From Octopus bimaculoides (lineage: Eukaryota), in NCBI RefSeq assembly GCF_001194135.2, contig NC_068988.1:13597459-13661458 (forward strand): a stretch of 64,000 nt of DNA. The letters are read 5' to 3'. Positions 53,384 to 63,978 of the stretch are shown in pieces; positions within the stretch are counted from its first letter, which is position 1; each line of letters begins with the position of its first letter. A model generated the notes under the pieces. It made no database searches and was not told the origin of the DNA. It saw nothing but the letters and a program-made list of their open reading frames with translations. The position numbers and the translations under genes were made by a program.

Positions 53384-53732
53384 TTACTAGCTTCAGTCAT
53401 TAGACTGCAGCCATGCTGGGGCACCAGTTTGAAGAATTACAGTGAAACAAATCGACCCCCAGCACTTATTTTTAAGCCTGGTACTTATTCTATCAGTCTC
53501 TTTTTGTTGAACTGCTAAGTTGCAGGGATGTATGCCCCTCCTAATGCCAACCACTTTACAGAGTGTACTAGGGGGTTTTAACATGACACTGGCACATTTT
53601 CTTTCTACTATAAGGCTTTGGTCAACTTGAGACTATAGAAGAAGACTCTTGTTTAAAGTATCATGCAGTAGGACTGAACCTGGAACCATGTGGTTGAGAA
53701 ACAAGCTTCTTACCACACAGTCACACCTGCAC
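53384..53732 (-). mobile_element. SINE family B (tail type 1) with its middle replaced by an RTE-tail fragment
   Basis: Both ends are homologous to 33124-33552; about 53530-53595 matches the RTE-tail family instead (gcccctcctaatgccaaccactttacagagtgtac). Confidence 0.7.
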
Positions 53733-53743
53733 CTGTCAAAATT

Positions 53744-53745
<2 letters not shown>

Positions 53746-53790
<45 letters not shown>
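53746..53790. repeat. (CA)n microsatellite
   Basis: Direct reading. Confidence 0.95.
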
Positions 53791-53792
<2 letters not shown>

Positions 53793-53826
53793 GCTATGTT
53801 AATATGGAAAATAGCAATTATAATTA

Positions 53827-54055
53827 TTAACCCTTTAACATTTAATCTGGCCATATCTGGCCCAAATATTTTCTCTGTTTTATGTTCAAACTGGCCAGAT
53901 CCTGCCTTTCACACCTACCCTATAATCTCATTTTGAAAATATACAATCACACCATCGAAATCTCAATGCTTACAAGATGATAAATGATTAGTTGAAAACA
54001 ATCTGAATAAATAAACATTACATTTGACAGAGTAATTTGAATACTAAAGGATTAA
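53827..54055. mobile_element. piggyBac-type MITE, family D
   Basis: Ends TTAACCCTTTAACATT and AATACTAAAGGATTAA. Confidence 0.85.
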
Positions 54056-54059
54056 ATGT

Positions 54060-54124
54060 ACAACAGATAAATGGCTAGTGAGTGAATTTGGTAGATGGAT
54101 ACTGGAAGAAGCCTTTTGTATATA

Positions 54125-54161
<37 letters not shown>

Positions 54162-54390
54162 CCATATCTTGACATCACATGATGGTTGTAAACGAACCTT
54201 ACCATTATACAAGAGATTATTTTCATTTCCAGTCTTCTACAAAAAAGTGTGGTCACGGGAAATATTACTTTACTTGGAAAGAGGTGAGGGTTTGAGACCA
54301 ACAACAGCCAGTTGTAGAAAATCTGCCTCAACAAACTATGTCTAACCCATGCAAGCACATAGAAGTGAACGTTAAATGATGATGATGAAG
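54060..54390 (+). mobile_element. SINE family B, 5'-truncated, tail type 2 (RTE-like)
   Basis: Core end gtgagtgaatttggtagatgg, (TG)n, catcacatgatggttgtaaac ... ctaacccatgcaagc...gttaaatgatgatgatg. Confidence 0.75.
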
Positions 54391-55288
54391 TGATACCACT
54401 ATCAGCTAGGTAAACAATAAGATGAAGCTCACTTACAAATGATAGGATTTGAATCCATGCCAATAACATAACAGCAGGACTAATTTTCACATTAGGAAGA
54501 TGAGCAGACAAAAGATGCTATAGATATTAGACTTAGTAGATTTTATTGGCTTGGGCAGTGTGCAGCTGCATTAGAATGAAGGAAGAAAGACCTCTTTTTC
54601 TCTTCCTGTGCTTTCATTTTATTTCCAGCTAGATTTATGACAACTACTGTCTAATAATAACTCCCTCGTGTCAAAACCTAAGGAGGAGAGAGTATAGAAA
54701 TGTGAAGTAAGTGGCTTAATTGTTATAGCTTGTACCTACAATACCTATAAATACACCAAAATAAATGAATTTTCTTTCCAATTTACAAGATAGAAGAGAC
54801 AAAGATTTCCTGAGCAAATAACCTTAAGCTATTGATTGTTCATAACAGAATATTTCTAGCTATTGGTATGCAAGGTACTGATACAATCATCAAAATGACA
54901 GCTCCGATGAAATATTATCATGCGATTTTATCAATACTCTATTTTCCTTCAAATATTCAGAACTTAGAATTTCCCAATATGAGAGAGAGAGAGAGAGAGA
55001 AAGACAGACAGACAGAGATTGCATGCACAATTATTCCAAGATTAATAATTAAAAGCTTGCACCAGATTTATCTGATCTGAAAAATAATTACTACATGGTA
55101 ACAGGATGGTTAAGATTAGTAGAAGTAGTTTAAGTGTTACCCTGACTTTTTTTTTTAAGAACCAAACCACTCTTGTCAGTATATGAAAAATGGATGTAAT
55201 TCCCTGTAAAATGTCATAGTCTGTAAATGCTATTGAATCTAAAATTTTCATCTGCTACAATAATAAATTATTTTAAAATGGACAACAA

Positions 55289-55695
55289 ATGTGACTGTGT
55301 GATAAGAAGTTTGCTTTTTAAATACATGGTTTTGGGTTCAGTCCTATTGCATATCACCTTGGACAGGTGTCTTCTACGATAGGCCTGGGCCAACCAAAGC
55401 CTCATGAATGGATTTGGTAAACAGAAACTGGAGAACGCCCATTGTGTGTGTGTGTGTGTGTGTGTGTGTGCCTTTGTCTTGACACCATGTGATGGTTGTA
55501 AATGAGCATCACTGCCATACAAGTGGTGTTGTTATTTCCAGTCTTCCTTGAAAAATATGTCTGGCCACAGAGAAATATTACTTTGCCTGGAAACAGATGG
55601 CAGGATAGGCAACTGGTCATAGAAAATCTGTCTTAATAAATTCCATCTAACCCATGCCAGCATGGAACAATGGATGTTATATGATGATCATGATG
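55289..55695 (+). mobile_element. Full-length SINE family B, tail type 2 (RTE-like)
   Basis: Head gtgactgtgtgataag..gggttcagtcc, core caccttggacaggtgtc, (TG)n, tail ending aacccatgccagcatggaa..gatgatcatgatg. Confidence 0.85.
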
Positions 55696-55739
55696 AAGAT
55701 AATAGCAAGTGATATACAAATCGTAGTAAAAGTGCAGTC

Positions 55740-55885
55740 AGTTGGCAAAACTGTTAGCATATCAGAAAGAATGCCTCGTGGTATTTGTTCTGGCTGTCTC
55801 AAAGTTCAAATCCCACTGAGGCTGACATTGCTGGTTATTCTTTCAAGTTTGATAATAAAGAATCAATTAAGTGCTAGGGTTGTTT
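55740..55885 (+). mobile_element. Degenerate SINE family A copy
   Basis: gttggcaaaactgttagcat ... aagttcaaatcccactgaggctgac. Confidence 0.55.
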
Positions 55886-56989
55886 CTCTCTGTCTGTCTG
55901 TCTGGATTGGTTACATTGAAGAGGCCAGCAAAATAGTGTTCATTCACATTCTACATCATTGTGGGCTCAATAAGGAAAAAGAGCAAAAGTTGAAGCCATA
56001 AGCTTGAACTAATTGTATAGTATAATGTAATAGTAAATATTTTTATGGACTAGATTTATAGTATAATGTAATATACTAAACATTTTTATATTCGTTTTAA
56101 TATAGATGTTATTAGGCATTATAAAATTGCTGAATCTAATCAGAGAGAAAAACGAAACAACAAAATATTAAAAATTAGATAACTGATCAATTATTTTTCA
56201 TCTAAACATAATCACTGAGACAAAAGAACAAAAATATAGATAAAAATATAAATTTATCTTTAAGGTGAAAATATATAAAGCAAGAAGATAATTTACGAAT
56301 AAAAATTAATTGAATATTAAATACAGTGAATAAAAAAAGGAAAATAATAGATGCCAAACAGAAAAGTGGCAACAATATATATAAATTTTATAATAGTTGA
56401 AAAAATGAAAATAAAAAGTTAAAAAATACCTACTCTACCCTGACCCGATGGAAAAATAATCAATAAAAAACAAACTTTCGCTTCAACAAAAATATTGTTG
56501 AAACAGCTCTATTCATGATCTTTACTGCCATCAAATAATTTCTATCTGAAGTATTTCCTTTAAAGAAGTGTTACAAGTTAAATATTAAACAAAGCATGGC
56601 ACCTTGAGGTTTTCGGTAAATATTAATCTTAAGAAGTGTTTTCATATTGATGTTTTTGTAACTATCATCTTTGTCACTGTAGTTCAACTTGTTTATTTTG
56701 TATTATTTGAGGAAAGATAAATCCATATACTCAAGTTTGATGGTATAAAAATGTTGAAACGATCTTGTTGTAAAACAAAAAAATCAATAAACCAAAAACT
56801 CTCCTTCAGTACACTGTAGTATAAAAGATAATTAGCTTGGTAGACAATATCCTTCATAAGTAACAAGTTATTAATATGATCAAATAGAAAGTATTCATGA
56901 ATTATTCATGTAATTTGAATCAGTACCAAGGAGAAATGTTGTTCATTTTTAACCAGTTAAATTTAAGTTTGAATTATACTTTTTATCAT

Positions 56990-57612
56990 TTACAAGTTTC
57001 ACTCAGTGGATTGTGGCCATGCTGGGGTAGCACCAACAAGGGTTTTGTTGAACAAATTGACCCTGATATATATTTTTAAGTGTGAAACTTATTCCGTTAG
57101 TCTCTTTTGCAGAACCTCCAATTTACAGGAATGTAAACAAACCAATGTGTGGAGACGCAATGCTTAGTGGTTAGGGTGTCAGCATCATGATTGTGAAAAT
57201 GTGCTTTCGATTCCTGGAACGAGTGACGCATTGTGTTCTTGAGCAAAACACATCATTTCACATTGCTCCAGTCCACTCAGCTGGCAAAAAAGAGTAATGC
57301 TGCGATGGACTGGCGTCCTGTCCAGCTGGGGAACACATGCGCCATTGAAACCAGGAAACCGGGCCCATGATCCTGACTAGGCTTTAAAAGGGCGTAATAA
57401 AATAAAAAAACAAACCAACACTGGTTGGACACAAACACACACACATACACAGATTCCATGCAATTTCTGTCTTCTAAATTCACTCACAAGGCATTGATCA
57501 GTCTAGGGCTACAGTGGAACACACTTGTCCAAAGTGTCATGCAGTGAGACTGAACCCAAAACTACATAATTGCACAGCAAACTACTTAACCACACAGCCA
57601 TGCCTACACCCT
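56990..57612 (-). mobile_element. SINE family B (tail type 1), host of a nested insertion
   Basis: 56990-57145 and 57419-57612 are collinear with the 33124-33552 copy. Confidence 0.8.
57146..57407 (+). mobile_element. tRNA-derived SINE family C inserted with an 11-bp TSD
   Basis: A-box-like tgcttagtgg, B-box-like tttcgattcc, V-SINE-like gcgatggactggcgtcctgtccag and an A-rich tail; AAACAAACCAA at 57135-57145 and 57408-57418. Confidence 0.85.
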
Positions 57613-58195
57613 TAAAATATTTTAATGTAGATAGCAGACTATTAACACAGTAAATAACAGATGATGCCAGTAAAAAAATTAAAAACAAACATTTTGGTAA
57701 ATGAAAGTTTCTGTAAGAAATGACACAATTACAGCAAGTTTTACTGACTGAAATTATAGAGTAATTAAGTTGATTAGAATTTAAGCTAATAGTTTCAGCA
57801 TTTGTATCATTTTATCTAGTTATATTGATATCAATTTCTAACTAGAGAGAGAAAAATGTGATTTAGCCATGGTGTCTATTTGTTTACTATATGTGTGTTT
57901 ACTATAACCACATGCTCATGAATTTAATCTACATATCTATTTGGCCTAATTCTGTTTCCTACATCATTGATTGGTTGAAATTACCGAAATACGACAACTT
58001 TAACACGAAATAATTTCGTAAATAGAAACTTTTCTCAACAACGCTATGAGTAAAAGATGTTCTATATGACACATTCTACCAGTATAAGAGGTTTCAAAGT
58101 GCTGAGTTAAAGAAAATTAATTAATCGAGCTGCCCATGAAAAGGAAAAGATCTGAACTTGATAGAATATTAGTAATTTGTAGAATTCGAAGTATT

Positions 58196-58423
58196 TTCTT
58201 ATTTCTTTATTGCCCACAAGGGGCTAAACATAGAGGGGACAAACAAGGACAGACAAAGGGATTAAATCGATTACATCAACCCCAGTGCATAACTGGTACT
58301 TAATTTATCGACCCCGAAAGCATGAAAGGCAAAGTTGACCTCGGTGGAATTTGAACTCTGAATGTAACTGCAGATGAAATACCGCTAAGCATTTCGCCCG
58401 GCACGCTAATGTTTCTGCCAGCT
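58196..58423 (-). mobile_element. Best-preserved SINE family A copy (tRNA-derived)
   Basis: Minus strand: agctggcagaaacattagc (A box region), gagttcaaattcc (B box), gaggtcaactttgcctttcat.. body, A-rich tail aataaagaaataagaa; many CpGs retained. Confidence 0.9.
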
Positions 58424-58577
58424 TTGAAGTATTTTCTGGCTTATAAGATATGCATGGATGTGTACATTCATTTGGGAGACAACTGAATTCTTTCTTTTAT
58501 TGTATATCACCTGAATGAACTTACAAAGCAAGAGACTTGGAGAGGTAATGAAGTGAATTAACAGTTTTGAACAAATA

Positions 58578-59879
58578 TAAGGTTGGTCCAAAAAGAAACT
58601 GGACATTTAAAATAGTATGCCAAACAGTTGGAACAGCATGCACCCAACTGCAGTGCTATGTATAGGGAACTTTGACCTTCTGTCTAATAATAGCCATAAT
58701 CACAGTATGTTCAGTCATTGATCTACACATATACTTGAGTAAATGTATGTATGTATAGTGCACTTGATTTAACACAAGTTGAACAATGAAGGAATTTAAA
58801 GAGTAACAGTTTGAGTGAAATTCTGTTTGATATTGAAGAAAGAACTTTTACAAAGTCTTTTCTAATGTTGCAACAAGTCTATAAGGAGGATTGTTTGAGC
58901 TGTGAAATGTTATGAGTGGTATTAGCATTTCAGTTTGAGGGGAAATGTCTACCAAAGTTGATCCCAAATCTGAGCAATTTTCCAAGATAAGAGATCATCA
59001 CATTATGCTGTCATTAGTGAAAATCTTGACCCAACTGTCTATGAAGTTTTCAAAGAAGTAAATACCTGTAAAAATTCATGCCACATGATTTTAAAAGAAA
59101 AACTGAAGATTCATTGTGTGGTGTAAAAAAATGGTGTTGAACAAAAAGAGAACTGAATCACAGTCAGTCAGGATTGTTTGAATGCTGATGAAAACTTTCT
59201 AGAAAGTGTTATAACCAGTAACAAAAAGTGAGTGCATGGTTATGATGTCAAAACAAAAAGCAGTTACTGCAAGTAGATTGGATTGTCACCGTATGACAGT
59301 AATGCCTGTCAGAATCACTCAAATGTGAAGATGATATTGACTATCTTTTCTTTTTGATTGAAACAGCATTAATCATTTCGAATTTGTTTGGAGTGGGTAA
59401 GATGAACAATAAAGAGTTTTACTTGGATAACCTGAGATACTTGAGAGAGACAGTGTGAACAAAAAGACTTGAAGCATTGAGAACCAAACCAGATGCTGCA
59501 CCACAACAGCACAACTGCTCACAGGACACACTTTATTCATGACATTTTGGCAAAGTATAAGATGACTCTTGTCTCCCAGTCATTTTACTTTAAATTTGGT
59601 ACCTGTGCTCTTATTTGTTCCTGAAGTTAAAATCTATCCTGAAAGGACATCAATCTGAGATGACAGAAAAAAATAAATCAAAGAAAATTCACTTTGAGAA
59701 CTGTGCATTACTTCTGGGAAAGCATTGTAGATGGTATTCTAAAAGTGGAAAAATACACTGGAAGTAGTCTATCAAAAGTGCATGGAGGCATTTTGAAGGA
59801 AACATGTCTGATTAAATTGTAAGTAGAGCAATGAATTTGTCTTTTTTAAAAAGTTAAGTTTCTTTTTGGACAGACCTTG
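58578..59879 (+). mobile_element. Full-length decayed mariner (Tc1/mariner) transposon, about 1.3 kb
   Basis: 23-bp TIRs TAAGGTTGGTCCAAAAAGAAACT (left, preceded by TA) and CAAGGTCTGTCCAAAAAGAAACT (right, reverse complement), with 3 mismatches; transposase remnants inside. Confidence 0.9.
58810..59800 (+). pseudogene. mariner transposase pseudogene
   Basis: MLQQVYKEDCLS (58865-), VITSNKK*VHGYDVKTK (59208-; consensus ITGDETWVYGYD), MLHHNSTTAH (59493-; consensus LHHDNAPAH) and KLKSILKG; multiple stops and frameshifts. Confidence 0.85.
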
Positions 59880-59883
59880 TGTA

Positions 59884-59937
<54 letters not shown>

Positions 59938-59940
59938 TAC
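59880..59940. repeat. Compound (TA)n(CA)n microsatellite at the right end of the mariner
   Basis: Direct reading. Confidence 0.95.
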
Positions 59941-60654
59941 ACGTTATACATTTCTAATCTTGAATGATTCAAATAGAAAATTATACAAGCTCTTATATGA
60001 TACAATCCAACAAAGCCAAACATTACTCATTGAGAATTTGTTATTATAAAAACATGTAAGGAATGACAATAAATTCATCACTGTTTTAACTGCCAACTTG
60101 GTGGATTTTATGGTGCAATTGTGATTAAGAAATTACGTCAAACCTTTGAAGACTGAGTAATTATATTTGAGAAGATACATGTTCAAAATAAATGGCCAAA
60201 TGCCAGCATAGAAAAATTGGCTGCAAAACTGGTGTGTGTGTGTGTGAATAAGAGAGAGGGGGGAGGAGAGGTAGAGAAAAAAATGGGATGGAGATGCAAA
60301 TTAGAAGAACTGTTATCAATTTTAATAGAGCTTTATTTTTGACAATTATACTATTCTGTGCTATGTGAGCTCAGCAAACTAAGTGCAAACATACAATGGT
60401 CATAACTGCTTGTCTTATACAATATTTACTTTATCATCAACCCATTCAAAATTCAAGAAATTGTGAACTCTGATCAGTTTAAAGTATTTAATTATTAATA
60501 CAAGGGCTTGTTAGATCATTAATGAAACTGTAGGTGCCATAATAGATGGCATATAAAACACTCACTTAAAAAAAAAAAAATTTTAATCAACCTGGGCCCC
60601 TCATGAGAAGTTGAGCCTCACTTAATGCATTAAAAACTTTTTTCTGAATATGCA

Positions 60655-60715
60655 CTGCTGAAATTAGGGTGTGTCTAATATGCCCATGCATCTTTTATGC
60701 CATCAAATATGATAA
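60655..60715. mobile_element. Possible pogo/Tigger terminal fragment
   Basis: aaattagggtgtgtctaatatgcccatgcatcttttatgccatcaaatatg resembles Tigger subterminal 'gggtgcgtcttata..tgcgtcttata..aaatacg' repeats. Confidence 0.35.
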
Positions 60716-61924
60716 TCTAATTTCAAGAATAATTTGTTTTTGCTCTCAATGGATTAGCATTTAGGATCTTTAGAATATCATTTTAAAATAATTTCTGTTA
60801 TTTGCTAATATTTTTTCTACAAATACATCATAATTTAAAATCATAGGGGAACAGATTTTCAAGCATTATGATATTACAAATATATTATTTAGAGTACCAT
60901 TGCAAAATATATCCCAATATCTTATCTCAAACACCAGATACCACAAGCAGCCAAACACCATAGTAACATAGTAATTGATTATGACATGGAAATTGTAGTC
61001 TGTTATAGATAACATGCAAGAAACAATTTTACAGTAATTCATGAAAGAATTAGATATGACTGGCAGCATATAAGTTGTAAAAAAAACATCTGCTTCTTTG
61101 CCTGTAGCTCATATTACTTAGTATGTAGGAGGCACTCACTGCAAGACTGTATTAGGAGTAGACAGAAGCTGTTGTATATTGACAAGTACATTAGATGTTT
61201 GTTAGGGAATGGATGTATATACCTTGACTAAACTTTATAAAAAGATAGTTTAGAAGTCTACTGTATAATATTACACAATATTTATTTTATGTCAAAAGTC
61301 TGATTAAAATAAATAAGTTGTCATAAATGTTTATCTTCCAATGATTAAATATGTAATTTGTTTTTATATTTTTCCTGAGTAAAACTTTCTTAGTATTTAT
61401 GGATTTAAAATATATTTACCAGTACTATTGATTTTTTTTTTTTTTCAGTAATCACATAAAAGTAATATTTATAGGGTGGAAGGTATAGTCTATGAAACTG
61501 ACCTCCAAAACCAATAATTTTATTTTAATGACACAAGAAAAATTATTTTATTGATACAAGTCAACACTGACAAGTTATGAATTCAGAAACTAAATATTAA
61601 GTGTTATTCCATCACCTTTCGATTTCTTCCTACTCATTGAAAACTTTAACATTATCTTTCCTTTAGCGCTATGATTAAAAAAAACAGAGCCTTAAGATTT
61701 GCCAGTGGAAAACATCATGAATCTCATTTCTATCATCATTATATTTACCAACATTGTATTTAGTATTTGTCCTCTGATGATATTGATTGAGAAAGTTTAC
61801 AGTGCAGCATATATCCAATCTTCTCAATCCTGCATCATCATCTCTTCTTCAGATCAAACATTTCTGACATCATATCTTTCTTGGTTTGCTTTATGAGGAA
61901 TTGTATGTATGTATGTTGTTTTGT

Positions 61925-62105
61925 CTTAAGCCTTAGGACTCATCCTAACATTCCTCTTGAATAGGACACTGGTCCATTGCTGGTTTATTCAGTTAGAGCT
62001 GAGTGAGCTGGAGTTATGTGAGATGAAGTGCCTGGTCCAGGAATTGACACTGTAATTCAACAATTGTCAGTGCAACACCCTAATTACTAGGCCACATGTC
62101 TTCAC
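61925..62105 (-). mobile_element. tRNA-headed SINE, family C-like
   Basis: Reverse complement starts gtgaagacatgtggcctagtaattagggtgttgcac, homologous to the 37100 and 57146 heads. Confidence 0.6.
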
Positions 62106-62339
62106 TCATGGGCAATTAACCAATAATGATTCACAACACTATTTTACCTAACTTGCATCATCATTTCCCATTATGTACTCACATACCAAGTACCACTTGC
62201 ACACACATCAAATATCTTTGACATTAAGCCATTTTCTCAATTCATTTGCACTGTTATGTAAATTAACATGTTATCCCCAATGAATCACCACAGTTTGTCT
62301 CCAACTGCTACAGGCCTTCCAGACTCAAGTCTCACCGCT

Positions 62340-62480
62340 AAGCACTCTATTCATTCCTTACTAAAACTGGTAAAAGAGGCATCCAACTAATTTAGGAAAG
62401 TAGCAATGATGCATCCAACCCATGCCAGCATGGAAAGCAGATGTAAAATAATGATTATAATGATGAAGATGATGACGACG
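62340..62480 (+). mobile_element. RTE-type 3' tail fragment
   Basis: catccaacccatgccagcatggaaagcagatgtaaaataatg..gatgatgacgacg. Confidence 0.65.
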
Positions 62481-63852
62481 AGGCTGATAATGACATCTAC
62501 TGCTCTTTAAAGAATATCTCAAAAGAATTTTTAATCACTATCAGGTTTGGTAAAACTATCGGAAATGTGTAATTAATTTTCTTAAATGGCTAAAATCCTC
62601 AAGAGGTTTAGTGTGCAACATATTTTTATGGTGTTAAATTGACAAGAGATAAATCTGTACATGATACTAGTCTATTGCTTATGACATTCCCACAAGTTGT
62701 GGTCTCTGTCAGATTTGTAGGGGAGTAGAACCAGCATAGGACTCGGTAAAATTTCTGCAGGGGATTTAAACTAAATACTTAAAAGGCTGGTAGTTGAAGA
62801 TGTTATCTATTTAAACATTTCACCTTTACAGTGTTACATCATACATAAACTGAATAATTTTGTCATTTGATTTTATTCTCTCAAAATAACTTTGCTATAA
62901 ATACTTTTAAATTCTATTGTCATTTCATAGTTGATGGACGAATATCTTTCTATTTGCTAATATTTTGATTGTTGAAAGTTTATTGCATTACCAAATATTA
63001 GTTATTTGGATTTACTTGTGCCACATTCTTGGCAACATCATCTTTTAATTTCGACTAGAATTTCATTTAACTGTAATTAGACCCCAAAGCGTTGAAGTAC
63101 TATTTAATATTCTGGCATTAAAAAATTTCCAACAGCAGGCATCAACCATAATCAAGAGTTTTATTTGTTAAATGTGATTAAATGATAAAATGTTTCTCTA
63201 AGAGTTTATAAGACTGGGTTAAAACTAAGAATTCTCTAATATTATCTTTTAATCATTCTTTGGTGAAAAGCTACATCGAAAAGGGTAAATATTTTATCTC
63301 CTCGTAGGCATACTAACTTTTTATTGAGCTGGCTCGGGATTACAAATAGGCCTTTTTGTAGATGCTTGATGTGCTAGATTAGCAGGTAGTGTACTCCTAA
63401 ATGCACTATATCTCAGATAATGTACTCCTAAATACACTAGATCTTGAATAGATGAGGTAGGTATGGGTGGAATGCTTTTGATCATAGTTTAGATGGATTA
63501 GAGAAGAACAGGAGATAAAAAAAAAAGAACAACTGAGGTGACTCTTGCGAATGCAGAGCACCGTTAACCTTCTTGAATTCTATTATTTTATTTACTTGAA
63601 AACATATAGACTCATTAAAAATACAGAGAATTGCAAAATATCTGTACATAAGGAAAATAACCAGATAATTATTTCATATGTAAATAATTAAAGGCAAGTA
63701 AAGAAACAAATTGACAAAGGTTACTCTATCCTTCTGACATATGAACTCAAGCATTATTGTAATGCAAACTGCATTGCATGTCTGGAAATATTATTACCAC
63801 TCTGTTTACTGTTGAAAAATACCTGACTATTCATACTTGTTGAACGAATAAA

Positions 63853-63978
63853 GCACAAGTGTGGCAAAGAAGTTTGCTTCCCAACTACCTGGTTTTGGAT
63901 ACCTTGGATATCTGTGTGGCACTTTGAGCAAGTACCTTTTACTATAGCCTTAGGCTGACCAAAACCTTGTGAGTAAAT
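63853..63978 (+). mobile_element. SINE family B head plus core
   Basis: gtgtggcaaagaagtttgcttcccaac ... gcactttgagcaagtacc ... ggctgaccaaaaccttgtgagt. Confidence 0.7.

Noticed and set aside
54044-54511. 155-aa minus-strand ORF, including a possible 81-nt exon near 54440-54520
   Set aside because: Mostly antisense SINE and (CA)n translation; the exon-like part has a weak acceptor and no homology.
62880-63350. Possible Tc1-like transposase remnant on the minus strand
   Set aside because: Only a LWG-like string; no TIRs or ordered catalytic motifs found.
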